A DNA stretch of 49,461 nt. It comes from Campylobacterales bacterium. Its GTDB lineage: Bacteria; Campylobacterota; Campylobacteria; Campylobacterales; Sulfurimonadaceae. The notes below the pieces were generated by a model that had not been told where the DNA came from, ran no database searches, and saw nothing but the letters and a program-made list of their open reading frames with translations. The stretch spans positions 1-49,461 of the forward strand of contig JBBRBK010000007.1 in assembly GCA_038205935.1 (NCBI GenBank), in the 5' to 3' direction. Shown piece after piece: positions 17,991 to 27,660 of this stretch. How positions within the stretch are numbered: position 1 is the stretch's first letter; each line of letters starts with the position of its first letter. Position numbers and translations under genes: made by a program.

Positions 17991-19421
17991 TTAGCACTGG
18001 TAAGTAGTTTTAAACTCGTACGCTGTAGGACGACCTTCGTCTGGCCATACATCACGTTCAAATCTGTAATGTTGGTACGCATCAATAAATTCACTTGAAA
18101 ATACTGGTTTCAAGAAATCGTTATCACGGATAAGAGCTTCTAGTGCACCACGAAGCGTGTGTGGCATTTGAGGAATACCTTTTTCACGAATTTCATCAAG
18201 AGAAAGCTCATAAAGATCTTCATCCATTGGACCAATTGGAATCTCTTTATTTTTGATACCATCAAGTCCAGCCATCATCATAACTGCGAATGCAAGGTAT
18301 GGACAAGCTGTAGAATCCGGGAATCTCATCTCAATACGAGTAGCTTTTTCGCCAGCACCGTATGGAATACGACAAGATGCAGAACGGTTTTGAGAAGAGT
18401 AAGTTAATACGCTTGGAGCTTCAAAACCTGGAAGCAATCTTTTGTATGAGTTTGTAGTAGGGTTAGTAAACGCTGCAACTGCGCGAGCATGTTTAAAGAT
18501 ACCGCCAACATAGTTAAGACCCATTTCAGAGATGTTTGCATAGTTTCCTTCTTTATAGAAAAGGTTTTTACCCTCTTTCCATAGTGATTGGTGAACGTGC
18601 ATACCATTTCCATTGTCGCCATAAAGTGGTTTAGGCATAAATGTAGCTGTTTTACCGTTAAGGTGAGCAACCATTTTTACAACATATTTGTATTTTTGAA
18701 CATTATCAGCTGCACCGATGATATCTGAGAAAACGATACCGATTTCATGTTGTCCTTGAGCTACTTCGTGGTGACCTAAAATTACTTCAAGACCAACTTG
18801 CTCTAGTACCAACATCATTTCAGCACGAAGATCAACACCAGAATCTGTTGGAGCTACAGGAAAATATCCACCTTTAACGCCTGGACGGTGACCTGAATTG
18901 TACATATCTGGGTAAGTTGTGTTTGAATTCCATCCACCCTCATCAGTATCTATTTTATATCCCGCTTCATTCATATTGTCAACAAATTTTACATCATCAA
19001 ATACAAAAAATTCATTTTCAGGACCAAAGTAAGCAGCATCAGCGATTCCTAAAGACTCAGCATGTTTGAGTGCTGCTTTAGCGATCGAACGAGGACATCT
19101 TTCATACATTCTGTTTTTGTAGATATCATAAACATCACAAAAAAGGATGATGGTTGGATCAGCCGTAAAAGGATCCAAAAATGCTGTTGGAACATCCACT
19201 TTAAGTAACATATCTGATTTATTGATTGGCTGCCATGCATCGATTGAAGAACCATCAAACGGAATACCGCCTTCTAAGTTTCCTTCGTTTATTGCACTCA
19301 TACGGTAAGTGACATGATGCCATGTGCCCTTGATATCTGTAAAACGAAGATCTACGAATTGAACTTCATTCTCTTTACAATATGTAAAGAATTCACTTAT
19401 ATTGTTAACAAATTTTCCCAT
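17991..19421 (-). CDS. glnA: Glutamine synthetase type I
   Basis: FDGSS, GPENEF, HHEV, TFMPKP, NGNGMH, SYKRL, IEMRFPD. Confidence 0.97.
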   Translation of the reverse strand: MGKFVNNISEFFTYCKENEVQFVDLRFTDIKGTWHHVTYRMSAINEGNLEGGIPFDGSSIDAWQPINKSDMLLKVDVPTAFLDPFTADPTIILFCDVYDIYKNRMYERCPRSIAKAALKHAESLGIADAAYFGPENEFFVFDDVKFVDNMNEAGYKIDTDEGGWNSNTTYPDMYNSGHRPGVKGGYFPVAPTDSGVDLRAEMMLVLEQVGLEVILGHHEVAQGQHEIGIVFSDIIGAADNVQKYKYVVKMVAHLNGKTATFMPKPLYGDNGNGMHVHQSLWKEGKNLFYKEGNYANISEMGLNYVGGIFKHARAVAAFTNPTTNSYKRLLPGFEAPSVLTYSSQNRSASCRIPYGAGEKATRIEMRFPDSTACPYLAFAVMMMAGLDGIKNKEIPIGPMDEDLYELSLDEIREKGIPQMPHTLRGALEALIRDNDFLKPVFSSEFIDAYQHYRFERDVWPDEGRPTAYEFKTTYQC

Positions 19422-19490
19422 TAAATCTCTCCTGAACTTATTTATTACGGATATTGTACCGAAGATTTATTCATTTTGAAGGAGTAAGAG

Positions 19491-19507
19491 TGATTAAAAA
19501 ATAGGCA
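19491..19507. promoter_or_regulatory. Candidate nitrogen-regulator site TGATTA-N5-TAGGCA upstream of glnA
   Basis: 17-bp imperfect dyad with NtrC-like spacing, about 50 nt upstream of the start implied by the TACAAT -10 at 19453-19458. Confidence 0.35.
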
Positions 19508-19529
19508 ATTCTCTTTTTGTTTCGTATGG

Positions 19530-21962
19530 TTATCTATTTTTATAAGGCTTAAACAGCAACAATAATGATGGAAGAAGTAAAAGATCTGCGATCAAAGCAC
19601 TAAGCATTGCCAAAACGGTTAAAAGTCCAAAATAAATCGTAGGTGTAAACTCTGAAAGAACCAGTACTAAAAAGCCGATCATAATCGTTATGGAAGTGTA
19701 ATACATTGCATATCCCACACTCTGATGAGATCGCTTCATCGCCTCAACATAATTAAAATCTTTTTGATACTCCTCTTTATATCTGTGCAGATAATGGATA
19801 GTATCATCTACAGCTATTCCTATAGCGATGGATGCTATGGTAATACTCATCATATCAAGTGGAATATCAAAAGCTCCCATCGCTCCAAAAATGACAGATA
19901 TCGGAATGATATTCACAACCATTGCGATCATCATGATTTTTAAAGAACGAAACAAAATAAAGAAGACAAATCCGAGTAAAACAAGCATAAGTCCAAGTGT
20001 TTTAATCTGCGAATTAAAAAGAGATTGAAGCATATTGTTATACAAAACCATCAGATTTGAAAGATGGACATTTTCTTCTTTGAGTCCTAGCTTGTGGACT
20101 AAATCGTATTTAATTTTTTTGAGCAGTTCATCTCTTTTGAGTGCAGGATTTGAATCCACAATACGCAGTGAAAAACGAACTTGATTCGCATCTATATTGA
20201 CATAAGGTGTGAGCACTATTGGACGAAACTTTTCTGGAAGTTCATTATACAGCATCGCCATAGCAAAATCATCCAACTCTTTTCCATCATTCAGACCACG
20301 TCCAAGATCCAGAACTGTTCCAAGTGAAAGAACTTTTCCAGCTTCAGGAAGTGACGTTAAGTAAGCATGGACTTTGCGTACGACATTCATCTTATCCGAC
20401 GTAAACCAATATTGATTTTGATTTTTGATCGCATTATATTCATCTTCAAACTCATCTAGCTCATCCGTAGAGGCTTTTTGAACTTTCTCTGCTTGAATCT
20501 TTTCCTTTGGAAAATCAACTATCACATCTAAGGGCGTCGTTCCTCCAAGTGATCTGTCGATGACAGCCATACCTTTGTAAATTTCTGTTGATTCTTTAAA
20601 ATAATTAATAAAACTGTTTTCTACCCGAATATGAAATGCGCCAATGATACTCAATATAAAAATCGTAAGACTCACGCCTACAACGGCTTTTTTATGATGG
20701 CATACAAGATAAGAAGCTGCGTGAGTAATCGGAAAGTTGACTGCATGTGAAGGTGTGATCTCAGATTTTTTCATAAGTACTAAAATGGCAGGAAAACTCA
20801 AAAATATCACGATTAAAGAGACAAAAATTGCAATACTCATCATCCAGCCAAGCATTATGACGGGCAAAATTCCTGAAAAGATCAGTGAACTAAATCCTGC
20901 AATGGTTGTAATAATGGCAAAAAATGAGGGTTTTAAAATAGAAACGACTGTTTCTACAGCCAATTCTTTTTGAGAAAGATGTGGATGTGTAGATAAAAGC
21001 TCTCTATATCTGACAACAAGGTGGATAATCATAGAGATCGTGACAATGAGTTGTAAAGAGATAAAATTTGATGAAACGACAGTCACCTCAAATCCGAGCA
21101 AGCCAAAAAGTCCTGTTGAAGCTAAAATGGATGCAGAGGAAATAAGTACTGGGATAACAACCCATTTAAGCTCTCTAAAAACACTGTATAGTACGAGTAC
21201 TAAGATAAGTAAAACGATCCCTCCATAGGTTTTTATATCGTTTTTCACATAGCTAATCATATCATCAGCTATCATATCCACGCCGCCTAAAAAAAGTTGG
21301 GCATCTTTGGAATGATTTTGCATCACTGATCGTATCTCTTGAAGATTCAGATGCTCTTTAGCACGTTTTAAGTCCCGATACTCTTTAAAGGTTTTGATAT
21401 CCTTTTCACTCTTAGTTGCATTTTTTTGTGTTAAAAGTGCTTCAAACTTTCTATCTTTTTTAAAATTGATAACAACTGCCGTCGTCTTAAAATCTTTACC
21501 AACGAGATTATTGCTATAAATAGGGCTCGATAAAAATTCAACTTTTGCAAGTTTTCTGTCTGTACCGTTTGACTCTAAAGTAGGAATATTTTTAATCAGT
21601 TCTTTAAGCGGTTTTGGAGGGCTCTGAAACAGTGGAACATCTAAAATCGAGATAACATTATCTACAAAATCTAGAGATTGCAGATCAGTTTTTAAACTTT
21701 TAAGATTTGTAAGACTTTCATCGCTTAAGAGTTCACTCTTTGGCGTGTAGGTTATCACTAAAAAATCAGGTGTTTTGTAACGTGCGTTAATCTCTCTTGT
21801 ATAAATAAGGTCTTTATCATTTTCAAGAAGTAGTGTTTCAGCAGATGCATCAACGCTGAGTTTTGGAATATAAAATGACAAAAAAACCACACTGCAGAGC
21901 AATAAAAAAAGAGTTATCCGTGGATACTTTATAACTCTAGAAGCATAGAAATTATGGATCAT
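19530..21962 (-). CDS. MMPL/RND family lipid transporter
   Basis: Two RND repeats, GIAVDDTIH, TTIAGF; follows mlaA-mlaC. Confidence 0.9.
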   Translation of the reverse strand: MIHNFYASRVIKYPRITLFLLLCSVVFLSFYIPKLSVDASAETLLLENDKDLIYTREINARYKTPDFLVITYTPKSELLSDESLTNLKSLKTDLQSLDFVDNVISILDVPLFQSPPKPLKELIKNIPTLESNGTDRKLAKVEFLSSPIYSNNLVGKDFKTTAVVINFKKDRKFEALLTQKNATKSEKDIKTFKEYRDLKRAKEHLNLQEIRSVMQNHSKDAQLFLGGVDMIADDMISYVKNDIKTYGGIVLLILVLVLYSVFRELKWVVIPVLISSASILASTGLFGLLGFEVTVVSSNFISLQLIVTISMIIHLVVRYRELLSTHPHLSQKELAVETVVSILKPSFFAIITTIAGFSSLIFSGILPVIMLGWMMSIAIFVSLIVIFLSFPAILVLMKKSEITPSHAVNFPITHAASYLVCHHKKAVVGVSLTIFILSIIGAFHIRVENSFINYFKESTEIYKGMAVIDRSLGGTTPLDVIVDFPKEKIQAEKVQKASTDELDEFEDEYNAIKNQNQYWFTSDKMNVVRKVHAYLTSLPEAGKVLSLGTVLDLGRGLNDGKELDDFAMAMLYNELPEKFRPIVLTPYVNIDANQVRFSLRIVDSNPALKRDELLKKIKYDLVHKLGLKEENVHLSNLMVLYNNMLQSLFNSQIKTLGLMLVLLGFVFFILFRSLKIMMIAMVVNIIPISVIFGAMGAFDIPLDMMSITIASIAIGIAVDDTIHYLHRYKEEYQKDFNYVEAMKRSHQSVGYAMYYTSITIMIGFLVLVLSEFTPTIYFGLLTVLAMLSALIADLLLLPSLLLLFKPYKNR

Positions 21963-22541
21963 CTATATTGCGTCTGTATTTAATTCTGATAAAAATTGCT
22001 CAAAACTTTTTGTTTTTAATGCTGCAGCAAACTGGTTTCTGTAAGTTTGCACGATACTTACGCCAAAAATATCAACATCATAAATCAACCATTTTTTATC
22101 ATCAGATTCATAAAATTTGTAAAGAACAGATTTCTTTTCCGTCTTTGTTATCAAATAACTTTGAAGTAACATCCGCTTATCTTTTACAATCTTCGCTTTT
22201 TCAAACTCAAGTTTTTCATCTGTATAAAGATGTAATTTACCCGTGTAAGAATTTTTAATTTTTTTATTAAAAACAAGATGAAATTTCGTTTTTTGCTCTC
22301 CCGAGAGAGCATTATAAGTAGATTTACCCAGACAGAGTGTTCCCATAAGCTTAAAATCAAATAGAGGGTTAATAAGACGTATTAGCTCTTCATCCTGCTT
22401 TTGCTTAGAAATACTATTGTCTTTTAAAATAGATGTTACTTTTTGACTGTTGTTTGCCATCATATTTGTGACGCTCTCTTCAACTCCCGCATGAAGTGAA
22501 AAAAACAGTCCAAAGATAAAAATAAATAAAAATGATTTCAA
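21963..22541 (-). CDS. mlaC: MlaC/Ttg2D family periplasmic lipid-binding protein
   Basis: FDFKLMG, WLIYDVDIFGVSIVQTYRNQF. Confidence 0.88.
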   Translation of the reverse strand: MKSFLFIFIFGLFFSLHAGVEESVTNMMANNSQKVTSILKDNSISKQKQDEELIRLINPLFDFKLMGTLCLGKSTYNALSGEQKTKFHLVFNKKIKNSYTGKLHLYTDEKLEFEKAKIVKDKRMLLQSYLITKTEKKSVLYKFYESDDKKWLIYDVDIFGVSIVQTYRNQFAAALKTKSFEQFLSELNTDAI

Positions 22542-22543
22542 TA

Positions 22544-23275
22544 TTACTCCTTAATTAGCATTTCACGATTTTGTTCATACGCATCTCGTATAAAAGGGTA
22601 AAGATCCAACGCATCTTTTCTAAACTCTTTATACTCTTCTGCTCTAAGTGAAGCTTCATTGAAATTTTTGTACGCAATTATACCCCAAGACTTATACATA
22701 TTATCGCTCAAGTTGTATTGGCGGTAATCTTGATAATAGACGGGATCGACCGCCGTGTCTATAAAACCACCTGCGAGGTCACGCAGATTATACTGTCCCA
22801 AAAATGGGAGTGCAATAGGAAATCCCCCGCTCACTCCATAATATCCAAGTGTTTGTCCGAAGTCCTCATTACTTTTCTCTAGGCCTAACCAAGTCGTAGC
22901 CGGATCAAAAAAACCAAAAAGTCCAACAGTAGAATTCACTCCAAATCTCTCAACATCAATCCATGCTCTTTTAAACTTAGTCTGTAAAAGATTGTTCACA
23001 AAAGTAATAGGAAATTTAAGATTATCGAAAAAAGACTTGATCGAAGAGCGTACAACTTCTGGCGCTACATAATCATACCCTTTAAAAAGATAAGGATCTA
23101 AAATATGCATAAAAACATAATCATTAAAATTTGTAACAACACGATTATAACCGCTGAGCGGGTCAAAAGGCTCATGTTTTGGTTCAACGAATTCATCATT
23201 GAAATCATCGACATCTGCCGCAAATAAAGAAAGATTTACTACTATCATAAAGAAAAAAATTAAACGCATACTCAC
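22544..23275 (-). CDS. mlaA: MlaA/VacJ family protein
   Basis: DPLSGYNR..FND, RFGVNSTVG, EDFGQTLG, LPFLG, YPFIRDAY. Confidence 0.9.
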   Translation of the reverse strand: MSMRLIFFFMIVVNLSLFAADVDDFNDEFVEPKHEPFDPLSGYNRVVTNFNDYVFMHILDPYLFKGYDYVAPEVVRSSIKSFFDNLKFPITFVNNLLQTKFKRAWIDVERFGVNSTVGLFGFFDPATTWLGLEKSNEDFGQTLGYYGVSGGFPIALPFLGQYNLRDLAGGFIDTAVDPVYYQDYRQYNLSDNMYKSWGIIAYKNFNEASLRAEEYKEFRKDALDLYPFIRDAYEQNREMLIKE

Positions 23276-23415
23276 CTCTTACATGTAGTGTCATAATAGC
23301 TATATTCTTCTTTTGAGAAGCTTATCTTGCATCTTGGTTAGGAAGTTTAATAAAATGCAAATAGCTATTTTGGTAAAATGTTTCACTTTTAATTTGGCTC
23401 ACATGGAGAATTTGT

Positions 23416-24336
23416 ATGGATAAAGCAAAATATATTTGGATGAATGGAAAATTCGTAAACTGGGATGATGCAAATGTGCATGTACTTTCACATACATTGC
23501 ATTATGGAAATGGTGTAATAGAGGGAACAAAAGCGTATAAAACTGCAAAAGGTTACGCAATTTTTCGTTTAAACGACCATACAAAAAGACTCAAAGAGTC
23601 TGCAAAAATGACACTTATGGATATTCCTTATTCAGTTGAAGAGCTTAATGAGGCGCAACTAGAGCTTTTAAGAAGAAATGAGTTTCAAGGTGACAATGTT
23701 TACATCCGTCCATTCGCATTTTTGGGCTATGGTGTAATGGGTGTTTATCACAAGCATGCACCTGTTGAAACTGTTTTAGCTTCTTGGGAATGGGGCGCTT
23801 ACCTTGGTGAAGAGGGAATGGCAAAGGGTATCAAGCTCAAAATCGTTTCTATGACTCGTCCTGCAAATACTTCAAATATGGGTAAAGCAAAAGCGACTGC
23901 AAACTACTTAAACTCTCAAATGGCAAAATATGAAGCTATAGATTGTGGTTATGATGAAGCGCTCTTGCTTGATGACCAAGGTTATGTTGCAGAAGCAAGC
24001 GGGGCTAGCTTTTTTCTAGTAAAAAATGGTGTTCTTATCACGCCTCCAAATGACAATTCATTAGAATCTATCACTCAAAAAACAGTGATTGAGATGGCTC
24101 AAAATCTTGGTATTGAAGTGGTTCGTAAACGCATCTCTCGAGAAGATGTATATGTTGCCGATGAAGCATTTTTAACAGGAACAGCAGCTGAAATCACTCC
24201 AGTTCGCATCATCGATGCACGCACTATCGGGAATGGTGCACGTGGTGAGATGACTGAGAAACTTCAATCTCTTTACTTTGATATCGTTTTTGGACGTAAC
24301 GCACAGTATGAGCATTATTTAACATATATCAACTAA
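23416..24336 (+). CDS. ilvE: Branched-chain amino acid aminotransferase
   Basis: LHYGNGVIEG, KAKATANY, GYDEAL, ADEAFLTGTAAE. Confidence 0.95.
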   Translation: MDKAKYIWMNGKFVNWDDANVHVLSHTLHYGNGVIEGTKAYKTAKGYAIFRLNDHTKRLKESAKMTLMDIPYSVEELNEAQLELLRRNEFQGDNVYIRPFAFLGYGVMGVYHKHAPVETVLASWEWGAYLGEEGMAKGIKLKIVSMTRPANTSNMGKAKATANYLNSQMAKYEAIDCGYDEALLLDDQGYVAEASGASFFLVKNGVLITPPNDNSLESITQKTVIEMAQNLGIEVVRKRISREDVYVADEAFLTGTAAEITPVRIIDARTIGNGARGEMTEKLQSLYFDIVFGRNAQYEHYLTYIN

Positions 24337-24391
24337 GAGATTCGATGGAAACAAACAAAGAAATAGCAAAATAAAATTAAGGAAAAACAAT

Positions 24392-25441
24392 ATGGCATCA
24401 GATATGAATGATTATTTCAACAAGAAAAAAAATCAAAGCGGAGGCTCTGGCGGAGGAGATAACTCTTCGTCCAAAGGACCAAGACCTCCAAAAATAAATT
24501 TTAATTTTAGTGGTGGAAAATCAATCATCCTCTATGTAATAGTTGGTTTTCTCCTTCTATTAGTTTTAGCAAAACCTTTTGTTATTATAAACGAAGGTGA
24601 GCGCGGAATTCTTTCTACAAATGGAAAATATCAAGAACAAGCACTGCTTCCGGGATTGCACTTTATCGTTCCTGTCATCCAAAGAGTTTTCGTGGTTGAT
24701 ACAAAAGTCAGAATTATCAACTATGCGAGTGGTTTAGAAAAAAGTGCCCAAGAAGAGGGAATAAGTACAAAACCTGCTGTCACTGTACTAGACAGACGTG
24801 GTTTGCCTGTTTCTATCGAACTTACTGTACAGTATAGACTTAACGCGCAATACGCAGCACAAACAATCTCCAACTGGGGCTTTAGCTGGGAAGATAAGAT
24901 CATTAATCCAGTCGTTAGAGATGTTGTAAGAAATATTGTAGGAAATTATGACGCGGAATCTCTTCCAAATGAGAGAAATACTATTGCCACAAAGATCGAA
25001 GATGGTATCCGTGACAATGTCAAAGCACTTCCTAACTCGCCGGCAATCTTGCAGTCTATCCAACTTCGTGAGATCGTTTTACCTGTAAAAGTAAAAGAGC
25101 AAATTGAGAGAGTACAGATAGCAAAACAAGAAGTACAAAAAGCCGAACAAGAGGTTGCACATGCAAAACAAGAAGCACTTAAACGTGCTGTGGATGCACA
25201 AGGAAAGGCAAATGCTGTTACCATAGAAGCAGAAGCAAATGCCAAAGCAAATATCCTTATCTCTAAATCATTGACGCATCAGCTTTTACAACTAGAGCAG
25301 ATTAAAGTTCAAGGTGGATTTAACGATGCTCTTAAAGAAAATAAAGATGCAAAAATCTTCCTAACACCTGGTGGTTCAACTCCAAATATCTGGGTCGATA
25401 TGAAAGACTCTAAAGATAAGATCACTTCTACTACAAAATAG
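24392..25441 (+). CDS. SPFH/prohibitin (HflK-like) membrane protein
   Basis: Gly-rich N-terminus, TM helix, GERG..PGLHF, Ala/Glu coiled coil. Confidence 0.9.
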   Translation: MASDMNDYFNKKKNQSGGSGGGDNSSSKGPRPPKINFNFSGGKSIILYVIVGFLLLLVLAKPFVIINEGERGILSTNGKYQEQALLPGLHFIVPVIQRVFVVDTKVRIINYASGLEKSAQEEGISTKPAVTVLDRRGLPVSIELTVQYRLNAQYAAQTISNWGFSWEDKIINPVVRDVVRNIVGNYDAESLPNERNTIATKIEDGIRDNVKALPNSPAILQSIQLREIVLPVKVKEQIERVQIAKQEVQKAEQEVAHAKQEALKRAVDAQGKANAVTIEAEANAKANILISKSLTHQLLQLEQIKVQGGFNDALKENKDAKIFLTPGGSTPNIWVDMKDSKDKITSTTK

Positions 25442-25462
25442 GCTTACATGTAAGCCTTTTTG
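25440..25462 (+). terminator. Perfect 18-bp palindrome AGGCTTACATGTAAGCCT plus T-tract
   Basis: Immediately after the SPFH stop codon; its core is the iterated palindrome. Confidence 0.55.
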
Positions 25463-25475
25463 ATTAAGGATAAAT

Positions 25476-26156
25476 ATGCAAGAAATTTTAAACCGTGTTG
25501 ACTGGCAAAAGCAGGAACTCCTTCCTGTCATTGTCCAAGATGTTACAAATAATGAAGTTCTTATGATGGCCTATATGAACAAAGAAGCTTTAGAACTCTC
25601 GCTGCAAACAAATGTTGCTCACTACTTTTCACGTTCAAAACAGCGTATCTGGAAAAAGGGTGAAAGTAGTGGACATATCCAGAGTATCCACTCTTTTAAC
25701 ATTGACTGCGACAATGACACGCTTCTTATCAAAGTCACTCAAGAGGGTGTTGCTTGCCATACTGGAAGAAAATCTTGTTTCTTTACAGAGCTCAAATCTG
25801 GCGATATACAAACTGAAGTAGAAGTAAATACTGATGCGATGTATGGAGTGATAGACACACTTTATCATACGATACAAGAGAGAAAACATGCCGATCCTTC
25901 CACGTCATGGACAGCAAAACTTTTTGCTAAAGGTGAAAACACTATTTTAAAAAAAGTAATAGAAGAGTCCGGCGAATTTACTTTTGCATTCAAAGACAAT
26001 GATGAAACAGAGATGGTCTATGAAGCAGCTGATCTTACCTATCATATGCTTGTCGCACTTGCATATAAAAATATCTCTCCTGATCGTATCAAGCAAGAAC
26101 TCGCTCGTAGATTTGACATAAGCGGTATCGCTGAGAAGAACTCAAGAGAATCATGA
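25476..26156 (+). CDS. hisIE: Bifunctional phosphoribosyl-AMP cyclohydrolase / phosphoribosyl-ATP pyrophosphatase
   Basis: SRS..WKKGESSG, DCDND, ACHTG, EAADL. Confidence 0.96.
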   Translation: MQEILNRVDWQKQELLPVIVQDVTNNEVLMMAYMNKEALELSLQTNVAHYFSRSKQRIWKKGESSGHIQSIHSFNIDCDNDTLLIKVTQEGVACHTGRKSCFFTELKSGDIQTEVEVNTDAMYGVIDTLYHTIQERKHADPSTSWTAKLFAKGENTILKKVIEESGEFTFAFKDNDETEMVYEAADLTYHMLVALAYKNISPDRIKQELARRFDISGIAEKNSRES

Positions 26157-26665
26157 AAGAAAAGATTTTAGAACTCCTGCATGGACTTACAAACTACGAC
26201 TATATTTTATTTACCGTAATTTTTGTTATTTTCTTTCTTCTCTTGATTTTGACTTTAGTCTTAAGAAAAAGAGCTTTCTTCGCTTCTATTTTTCTTATTT
26301 TGAGTCTTGCAACTCTCTTTATCGGTCCTTTTGTTGGTTATATTCAACTGCACGATTACCTCTATAAACACAGTTCAAAAATTACGGAAGTCAAGGCTTT
26401 GGAATTCACTCCCGCTCTTGTAATCACAGGAAGCATTACCAATGAATCGCAAAGAGATTTTTCCACATGTAAGATAAATGTAAATATCTTTAAAGTTGCA
26501 CACAATCAAATACTAGATGCAATTTTTCCTTTGAATCCATTTCAAACTATGCAGGTAGTTGAAACGAATATAGTAAAAGGTGAGACAAGAGATTTAAAGA
26601 TCATCGTGGAGCCTTTTTGTTATAAACAAGACTATAATGTTTCTTTAGGAGTTGATTGCAGGTGA
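26153..26665 (+). CDS. DUF2393-like membrane protein
   Basis: Two TM helices then a beta-rich domain with a Cys pair; follows hisIE as in other Campylobacterota. Confidence 0.65.
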   Translation: MKEKILELLHGLTNYDYILFTVIFVIFFLLLILTLVLRKRAFFASIFLILSLATLFIGPFVGYIQLHDYLYKHSSKITEVKALEFTPALVITGSITNESQRDFSTCKINVNIFKVAHNQILDAIFPLNPFQTMQVVETNIVKGETRDLKIIVEPFCYKQDYNVSLGVDCR

Positions 26666-26692
26666 GCACATATTTTACCATTTAGTATTACA

Positions 26693-27658
26693 CTAATATT
26701 TTAGACCGATTTTCTTTAGCGACGCATTAATATTTCTGACCTGCATATTTTTATCTCGGCACCATAGAGGTGCCAAAAGTGAATCATCATCCATTCCAGC
26801 CGTAATCCTCTGAACACTTACATGTAAAGGTTTCATAAGAAGAGCTTGATTTAAAACTTCTAGATATTCTTCTTCACTTATGGGCGTAAACTCGCCACGT
26901 GCAAACTCATTTGCCAAAGCAGTTTTTTTTACAACATAAAGCGGATGATATTTTACAGAATCAATTCCCCATTCATAGGCCGCTCTTGCAGTTTCAAGCA
27001 TCATCTCTCTATCTTCACCAGGGAGTCCAAAGATAAGATGTCCACAGACATTTAAGCCAGCAGCTTTTGCTTTTAAAATCCACTTTTTGACATTTGCACT
27101 GTCATGTCCACGGTTAATACGCACTAATGTTTCATCATAAACAGATTGAATCCCAAACTCTATCCAGATCTCTTTTGTCTTTGCCAATTCTGCTAAATAA
27201 CTTAAAGTTTCTTCTGTGATACTATCACTTCGTGTACCGATACTAAGTCCTACGACATCATCAAATGAAAGCGCTTTATCATATAAGGCTTTGAGTGTTG
27301 CAAAGGGAGCATAAGTGTTGGTAAATGATTGAAAATAAACCAAGAATTTTTGAGTATCATAAGATTTACGCTGTCGAGCGCTGAGGGAATCAAACTGTAT
27401 TTGTAGTTGTAGAAGCTGCTTTTCTAAAAAGGGATTTTCAATAGAAGTGAGATTGAGATGAAAACCTTTAAGAGGCTTCACGGCATCTAAACTTGGACTA
27501 AAGGAGTCATTTTCACAAAAGGTACATCCACCTTTTGCGACTGTTCCATCGATATTTGGACAGGTAAAACCAGATATTGAAACTGCGGTTTTATGCACTT
27601 TCGCGCCAAACTTATCTTGTAAGTATTTTCCAAAAGTGTATATCTGATTTGTTTTCAT
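26693..27658 (-). CDS. TIGR01212 (YhcC) radical SAM protein
   Basis: FTCPNIDG...GCTFC, YFQSFTNTY, RINRGH, GHLIFGLP. Confidence 0.9.
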   Translation of the reverse strand: MKTNQIYTFGKYLQDKFGAKVHKTAVSISGFTCPNIDGTVAKGGCTFCENDSFSPSLDAVKPLKGFHLNLTSIENPFLEKQLLQLQIQFDSLSARQRKSYDTQKFLVYFQSFTNTYAPFATLKALYDKALSFDDVVGLSIGTRSDSITEETLSYLAELAKTKEIWIEFGIQSVYDETLVRINRGHDSANVKKWILKAKAAGLNVCGHLIFGLPGEDREMMLETARAAYEWGIDSVKYHPLYVVKKTALANEFARGEFTPISEEEYLEVLNQALLMKPLHVSVQRITAGMDDDSLLAPLWCRDKNMQVRNINASLKKIGLKY

Positions 27659-27660
27659 AC

